A DNA stretch of 64,000 nt, taken from contig OX597822.1 of NCBI GenBank assembly GCA_951406725.2, positions 34,410,001 through 34,474,000 of the forward strand, given 5' to 3'. Both the position numbers and the translations under genes were made by a program. A model generated the notes under the pieces. It had not been told where the DNA came from. It saw only the letters and a list, made by a program, of their open reading frames with translations, and made no database searches. Numbering within the stretch: position 1 is the first letter of the stretch; each line of letters starts with the position of its first letter. This DNA is from Octopus vulgaris (Eukaryota). Of this stretch, positions 58,087-64,000 are shown piece by piece.

Positions 58087-58966
58087 TAGCTTGAGATTGA
58101 CTCCTGTTACCATGTTTTTTGTGTGAATTAAGTACAAATATCCCTGAATTATATCACAGGTAACATTCCCTATCGGCTGAATAGAACTTAAGATTGCCAA
58201 TTTACGAATTCATCAACAAAGTTAGTGTTTTTGCTACTTCTACCATCATTCCACACCTGTTTAGGTAGCTAGATAGACGCATTTGACTCATTACATTTAA
58301 ATTTGATACCTTTCCAGATATTTAGTGATAAACAATATGTAATAGAACTAATGTCCATGAGTATATGACTTCGTCAACGTGTTATCTCATTGGTATTATA
58401 TAACAAAGAAAGCATTTAGATCGTTATTTAGATCCAAGTAGGCACATTATGAGTCACTAATTTCTCAAGTAGCTCTCTGTTACTCAATTGATATGGCCGT
58501 TGGTGTTCCCACTGGAAATAGAGAAGTATTGAAAATGTGAGTCGACTGGCGTCGGGTCAAAATTCTGTGAAAGAGTAATGAATTAATACGGATTTTCGAG
58601 CTTCTCAAACGGCCACTGAGACAGCTGAAGTGTCTCAGAGATGCTATACCTGAATATTTCATGTATCTCGCATTGTTTCTTGCAACAACATTACGTTCAT
58701 CCATCACAACCACCAACACCATCAATGACAACAGCAGAACATCAGTTGCAAAACCAACAATGTATTAATGGTAATTTAAAAACCAGTTGATTAACTGTCA
58801 CGTTGCTGGACTGTTGGGCTTTAATATTTGATATAGCTCTGTAGCGTTGATTAATTCAACAACAAAAGCTACTAACAATGATCAAGACACCTTATTTACG
58901 AAGAAGATAATAATTTCTTCAAAGAACTGTAATTTATGAGAGAAAATTCCAGTAACACGTTCATTT

Positions 58967-60635
58967 TATTGGGTTGTCCGGAAAGTTCGTGCCGATTTTT
59001 AAAGGAAAGAAAAAGGTCAATAAATACTTGCCATTATGTTTTTAGTTAAGTTAAGTTAATTTTTTGGCTCAAAAAGCAAAAGCAAGGCCATGTAGGGGGA
59101 CATGGAGTTATGTACAGGGAGGGTGTTCATGCAAAGAGTTCAGGCCATTTCTGGTCAAGAGAGACTTTGAACCGAGCGGTCGTCGGCATCTTCACTATCT
59201 CGTCCGGCAGCTTATTCCACGGATCCGCAACCCGGACGGAGAAAGCTCCTCTCCTTCGATTGAGATTAAAACGTCGCAGATAGAGCTTTTTCGGAGTGAC
59301 CCCGCAGCCGACGCTCTGGAGCAGGAGTGAAGAACAGCTCTTTCGAGAGGTTACATTTTCCGCTTATGATGTTGTGAACAAGAATGAGATCACCACGGCG
59401 TCGTCGTTTTTCTAGAGAATAAAGGTCGAGCGTCTTCAGCCTTTCTTCATAAGACAAATGCTTGAGACCAAAATACATGCGGGTAGCCAGCTTCTGGACT
59501 CTTTCGAGATGATGTGTCTTTTAATCTACCAAATATGAACCATTTTGTTGCACAATGCGTCGCCACCTTTCCTTTAACTTGAAAATACCCTCTTTCCAGA
59601 ATTGAGGTGGTTTCGTGGCAAATAATTCATCAAGGTATCTTTTTACGTCATCCAAGGAATTAAAAATTTTAACATTAAGACTATTCTGCAGAGACCTGAA
59701 TAAGTGGGAATCCGAAGGAGCAATATCTAGTGAATATGGAAGGTGGGGTAACACATCTGGACGTTACTCTTGAATTGCTTCTTTTAACTCGTCCAGTTGT
59801 GTGCAGTATTTCTCAGAATTAATTGTCAGGTTACTTGGGAGAAGCTCATAGTAGAGAATTCCTTTCCAATCCTACCAGACACAAAGCAAGACTTTTTTAG
59901 GGTGAAGATTCGCTTTTGGGGTGGCTAAGAGTGGCTCATGTCGCTTACTCTAGGATCGTTTTCTCTGATCATCTCGCTTGATAATTCATTTCTCATCACG
60001 TCACAATTTGCTTTAAAAAAGGCGCGCTTTCATACCATTTATAAAGCGAATCACAGATGGAAATGCGATACAAAAGGTTCTTCTCACTCAACTCATGTGG
60101 TACCCGAACATCGTAGCGATTTGTGTACCCAAGCTATACCAGGTGCTCATGAACGACGGATTTTGATAGGCTGAGGCTTTCTGCCAATTCTCGGGTTGTG
60201 CAAAGTGGGTTATTCTCAATTAATGACTTGATTTGTTTATCATCTGTAGTGGATGGTCTGCCTGATCGCTCTTTAACAGTAAGACTACAACCTCCAGCTC
60301 AGAACCTTGCGAAGCACTACGGTACAGTTCTTTTGAATAAAGAAACATCACCATAAACTGCGCATATTTCTTTGGTTGCTTGTGAGGCATTTTTCCACTT
60401 ACAGAAAAAGAAAAGCATCAAGTGCCGAAAATGAACTTTCTTATCTTCCTCTTTAAAGGGTTACTGAATTAACATAGGTTATAGGAACATAAACCTTCTT
60501 CCACGAAAAGATAGCTTAAACTGTGTTGTAAATGGAGGTGTAGTCAAATCCTATTTTATGGACTCAATCATGTTCTAAAATAAGTTGAAAGGTAAGCTAC
60601 TATAAATCGGCACGAACTTTCCGGACAACCCAATG
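58967..60635 (-). mobile_element. Near-full-length dead mariner of the same family, carrying a nested CR1 insertion
   Basis: Both TIRs are present (ttgggttgtccggaaagttcgtgccgattt / aaatcggcacgaactttccggacaacccaa). Transposase remnants include PHLPYSLDIAPSDSHLFRSLQNSL. The start codon is mutated and there is a small deletion near 59755. Confidence 0.92.
59045..59520 (-). mobile_element. 3' end of a CR1-clade LINE inserted in the mariner
   Basis: Translates to LERVQKLATRMYFGLKHLSYEERLKTLDLYSLEKRRRRGDLI...RLRGHSEK / FSVRVADPWNKLP, with a (TTAAC)n tail. Confidence 0.88.
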
Positions 60636-60887
60636 GTATTAAGTACTTCAATATACGATATAGTGTATGCTTTTATGCATTTGGTAAAAATATATAACAA
60701 TGAAAGCTGGATGACAGACGTAATGCTCGATCAGCTTTGGAATGAGTCAATGTGTTGATACCCTTATTGTAGTTATTTAGCCATAGGTAGGACCTCATCA
60801 AGCAGGTATATAAGCAAGAACATTCCAGCCACGATCATCCCGCCGTATATTTTTATTTCCGTAATTTATCAACGACAACATTACCTT

Positions 60888-62075
60888 GTGGAAATCCTCG
60901 GGACTTTCAACCAATTTTCCAGGAAGTTGGGAAATCCCTGGAACTTTCCATAAAATCCTCGCAGCTTTCCAGGAAGTTTCCAACCAGTTTTGCAGGGATT
61001 TAGGGGGATCCCCGGAACTTTCCATGAAATCACCGGAAATTTCCAGAAAGTTTCGGACCAAATTTGCAGCAAGCTGGGAAATCCCCGGAACTTTCCATGA
61101 ATTCCTCGGATCTTTCCAGAAAGTTTCCGACCAGTTATCCAGGAAGTTAGGGGAATCCCCGGAAATTTTCAGTAAGTTTCCGACCAATTTTCTATGTAGT
61201 TGAAGTGTCCCCAGAACATTCCATGAAAATCTCGGATCTTTCTAGGAAGTTGGGAAATCCCCGGAACTTTCCATGAAATCCTCGGAACGTTCCAGGAGGT
61301 TTTGGGCAAGTTTTCTAGGAATTTCGGGGAATCCCCGGAAGTTTCCACGCAATCGTTGGAACTTTCCAGGAAGTTTCCGACAAATTTTCCAGGAATTTAG
61401 GGGAGTTCCCTATACTTTTCATGAAATCCTCGGAACTTTCCAGGAAGGTTCCGACCAATTTCCCCGGAAGTTGGGAGATCCCCGGAAACTTCCACGAAAT
61501 CCTCGAAACTTTCCTATCAAATTTCCAGGAAGTTGGGAAATCCCCGGAACTTTCCGTGAAATCATCGGATCTTCCCAGGAAGTTTCCCACAAATATTCCA
61601 GGAATTTAGGGGAATCCCCGGAACTTTCCATGATATCCGCGAAACTTTCCAGGAAGTTTCCGACCAACTATCCAGGAAGTTGGGAAATCCCCGGAACTGT
61701 CCATGAAATCATCGGATCTTCCCAGGAAGTTTCTGACAAATATTCCAGGAATTTAGGGGAATCCCCGGAAATTTCCATGAAATCCTCGGAACTTTGCAGG
61801 AAGTTTCCGACCAATTTTCCAGGAAGTTGGGAAATCCCCGAAACTTTCCACGAAAACCTCGGAACTTTCCAGGAATGTTATGACCAATTTTCAATGAAGT
61901 TGGGGCATCCCCGGAAATTTTCATGAAATCCTCGGAACTTTGCACGGTGTTTCCGATCAAGTTTCCATGAATTTGGTGAATCCCCGGAACTTTACATGAA
62001 ATCCTCGGGACTTTCCAGGAAGTTTTCGACCAATTTTTCAGGAAGTTATAAAATCCTCGAAACTTCGAGGAAGTT
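60888..62075. repeat. Tandem minisatellite, 73/74-bp monomer (147-bp dimer), about 16 units
   Basis: The unit is approximately catgaaatcctcggaactttccaggaagtttccgaccaattttccaggaagttgggaaatccccggaactttc. Unit starts at 60949, 61023, 61096 ... 61555, 61629, 61702, 61776, 61849, 61922, 61995. Confidence 0.92.
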
Positions 62076-62495
62076 CCCTATAAATTTTTTAGAAAGTAAT
62101 GATAGTACTGCAGCCTTTCTAGAGCATCGCCTTAATGTATTTTCAATTAGGTTTTGTTGTTGCTTCTTGACTGGGATGTGGTCTATGATTGAGTTTTCTA
62201 GCAGCTGTTCTCCTCGGAATACATCATCCTTGAATGGTTGACTTCTAAGGTATCGTTGAGAGTTCATCTAATGAGTTTGGGGAGGGGGGTTTTAATGTTT
62301 CAGTAGAAGTCTCTTTTATATTTCTTTTAATTTACATGGGTAGTTGAACAGTTGAGGGAACTCTAAATGTCAGATTGTTACGATAGAGTATTTTAGCCCA
62401 TGATTTCGAACGTAGTATATTTGCAAGCTTAGAGTATATAAATGTTCGTGCATTAAAACTCTCTTCAGTGCCGAAGGTTGGAACATGTCCCTCCA

Positions 62496-62770
62496 CAGTT
62501 CTATATTTTAGAGATGAGGAATTATATACATTATTTACATTCGATGGATATTTGTCCTCATCTTGTTTGTTGTTAACACAACGTTTCGGCTGATATACTC
62601 TCCAGCCTTCTTCAGGTGTCTTGTGGAAATTTCGAACCTGTGTTCTCATTCCTAATGTATTTTTCGATGCTATTATTGTTGTTGTTGTTAGTGTTCAGGT
62701 CACTGCTTGGAATCGAATTTGGAATCTTGGAGTTAGTAGCCCGCGCTCTTAACCACTGCACCATATGTCC
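62496..62770 (-). mobile_element. tRNA-like head plus hammerhead-bearing PLE terminal repeat (copy 2, without the upstream ORF)
   Basis: Reverse complement of the 27572-27826 unit: ggacatatggtgcagtggttaagagcgcgggctactaac...ttcgattcc...taggaatgagaacacaggttcgaaattt... Confidence 0.85.
62575..62620 (-). ncRNA. Minimal type I hammerhead ribozyme motif
   Basis: Reads gacac-CUGAAGA-a-ggcug gagaguauau cagcc-GAAA-cg-UU-guguu. Stem I is gacac/guguu, both core boxes are intact, stem II is 5 bp, and stem III is the palindrome AACGUU typical of dimerising PLE hammerheads. Activity is untested. Confidence 0.7.
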
Positions 62771-62974
62771 CCCAACAATTTTCCATATGAATGTGATAGT
62801 ATATATTTCTCTTGGGTGCCAAGAGACTCAGCGCTTTCAGACATTCTCGGTAAATAAGACTTTTAACTGAAGGTATTTTACCAGTGAACATTCCTTGTAA
62901 CCCTTCAATTTATTCTATGAGACCGGATGAATAAACTGCTCAGAACTAGGATTTTCCCTAAGTATAAAACTAAC

Positions 62975-64000
62975 TACTGGTTCCCTTGTCATGAATGTTC
63001 GTAGGATGCAGTCTATGAGTTTGCTGCATTTAAAGGTTAGTTTGATAATATGGCTGATGGAAAATGTATCATTTGACATGATTACACCTAAGTCCTGTAT
63101 GTCATTGGTGCTCTGAATCATTATGTTACCTTGTGTCAAATATTGCGATTTGGGTGAATTCGTTTGTAATGTAGAAGCTGAAATTTTGATGTACTATTTT
63201 TTGTATTTTTTCTGGTTTAGCTCCTAGCCATCGATATTCTTTGTAATTCATTCCCTGATGTATACGACGTATTACAGGTAACTTGGAGAGAAATCCATTT
63301 GCAGTAATTGGTTGACTCCTACCGTATAGGGAGTTAAAGAACCATTCTCCGACATTTCCTGTGATACCAAGATTTCTTAAATTATGACAGATGATTCAAT
63401 GATCAGTCTTGTCAAACGCCTTAACAATATCAAGGTTTTAACAGTCAATGATCTTTCCCCTTAAGAGATTATTAGAGGTAGTGTTATGATGCTGTAAGAA
63501 TTGTGACAGGCAACTTCGTTCAGTCCGGAACCTATACCGAGTGTCATCTAAGTTGTTTTCCTCCAGGTATGTTATTACTTTTTGTCTTCGGACAAGGCAT
63601 TGGATAATTTTAGACGTGTAAGACGTGAGGGAAACAGGTCTGCAATTTTTAGCTTCAGCACTGCTAACACCTTTGTACCTATATAGGTTTTATTGTAGCT
63701 TCTTTCAATAGTCTCGGGAATATGGCAGTATCTGGTGAGTTTTGAAATAGTACCTTTAATGATTTCATGAGGTGGTGGAAATTCTTCAGAAGGTTTATAG
63801 CATTATTTGATCCAGTGCAAAATTATTTACCATCCTCAGTCACAAAGCATTTTAAAAATGTTCCTAAAAAGACTACACAAGGCTGTATTCGCAATTTTTT
63901 TGCACAGATCAAACAACTATAAATATAATCTTCCAACTTACGAAAGCTATAAAACATTTAAACTACGAAAGCAGGACTAATCTGTAATTCTTTCCTATTG
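62975..64000 (-). mobile_element. Highly degenerate CR1-like reverse transcriptase fragment
   Basis: Remnants include RPVSLTS, LDIVKAFDKTDH and IQDLGVIMSND...ILRTF, with many stops. Confidence 0.65.

Noticed and set aside
58480-58731. 83-aa minus-strand ORF as an upstream exon of the host gene
   Set aside because: Candidate acceptors exist, but there is no convincing donor and no recognisable protein. It cannot be supported without RNA data.
61273-61926. 217-aa repetitive ORF as a host gene
   Set aside because: It is explained by the 147-bp repeat period. Overlapping ORFs occur on both strands and frameshifts occur elsewhere in the array.
60888-62075. CRISPR-like array
   Set aside because: There are no unique spacers (whole units are homologous), no cas genes, and the context is eukaryotic. 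The same applies to the SINE/(AAT) array at 6.5-8.6 kb.
62395-62475. Second hammerhead candidate on the minus strand (CTGAAGAGAG...TTCGAAATC)
   Set aside because: No valid stem III, UH cleavage triplet or stem I pairing could be drawn.

Overview
This is AT-rich, microsatellite-dense eukaryotic genomic DNA. The SINE repertoire and (TA)/(CA)/(AAT) tracts point to a cephalopod, probably Octopus (inferred, not verified). The only credible host coding sequence is one putative terminal exon on the minus strand (19849-19609) with a likely long 3'UTR, so most of 19850-64000 may be intron. The rest is transposon debris: at least four tRNA-headed SINE families, four mariner relics, R4/Dong-like and CR1-like LINE fragments, a Gypsy LTR+gag relic, Penelope-like (PLE) fragments carrying minimal hammerhead ribozyme (HHR) motifs, and foldback elements. 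The most notable observations are: (i) a PLE 3' end that runs into a tRNA-like Pol III promoter followed by a hammerhead, with the tRNA+HHR unit also present as a stand-alone copy; (ii) an inverted PLE copy that starts exactly at the predicted HHR cleavage site; (iii) a 1.2-kb 73/74-bp minisatellite made of NF-kB-like and STAT-like motifs; (iv) four unrelated palindromes in a row within 1.8 kb; (v) local templated duplications of 'flank + SINE head'. Almost all ORFs in the supplied track are microsatellite or SINE artefacts. All calls were made by eye and many boundaries are approximate.
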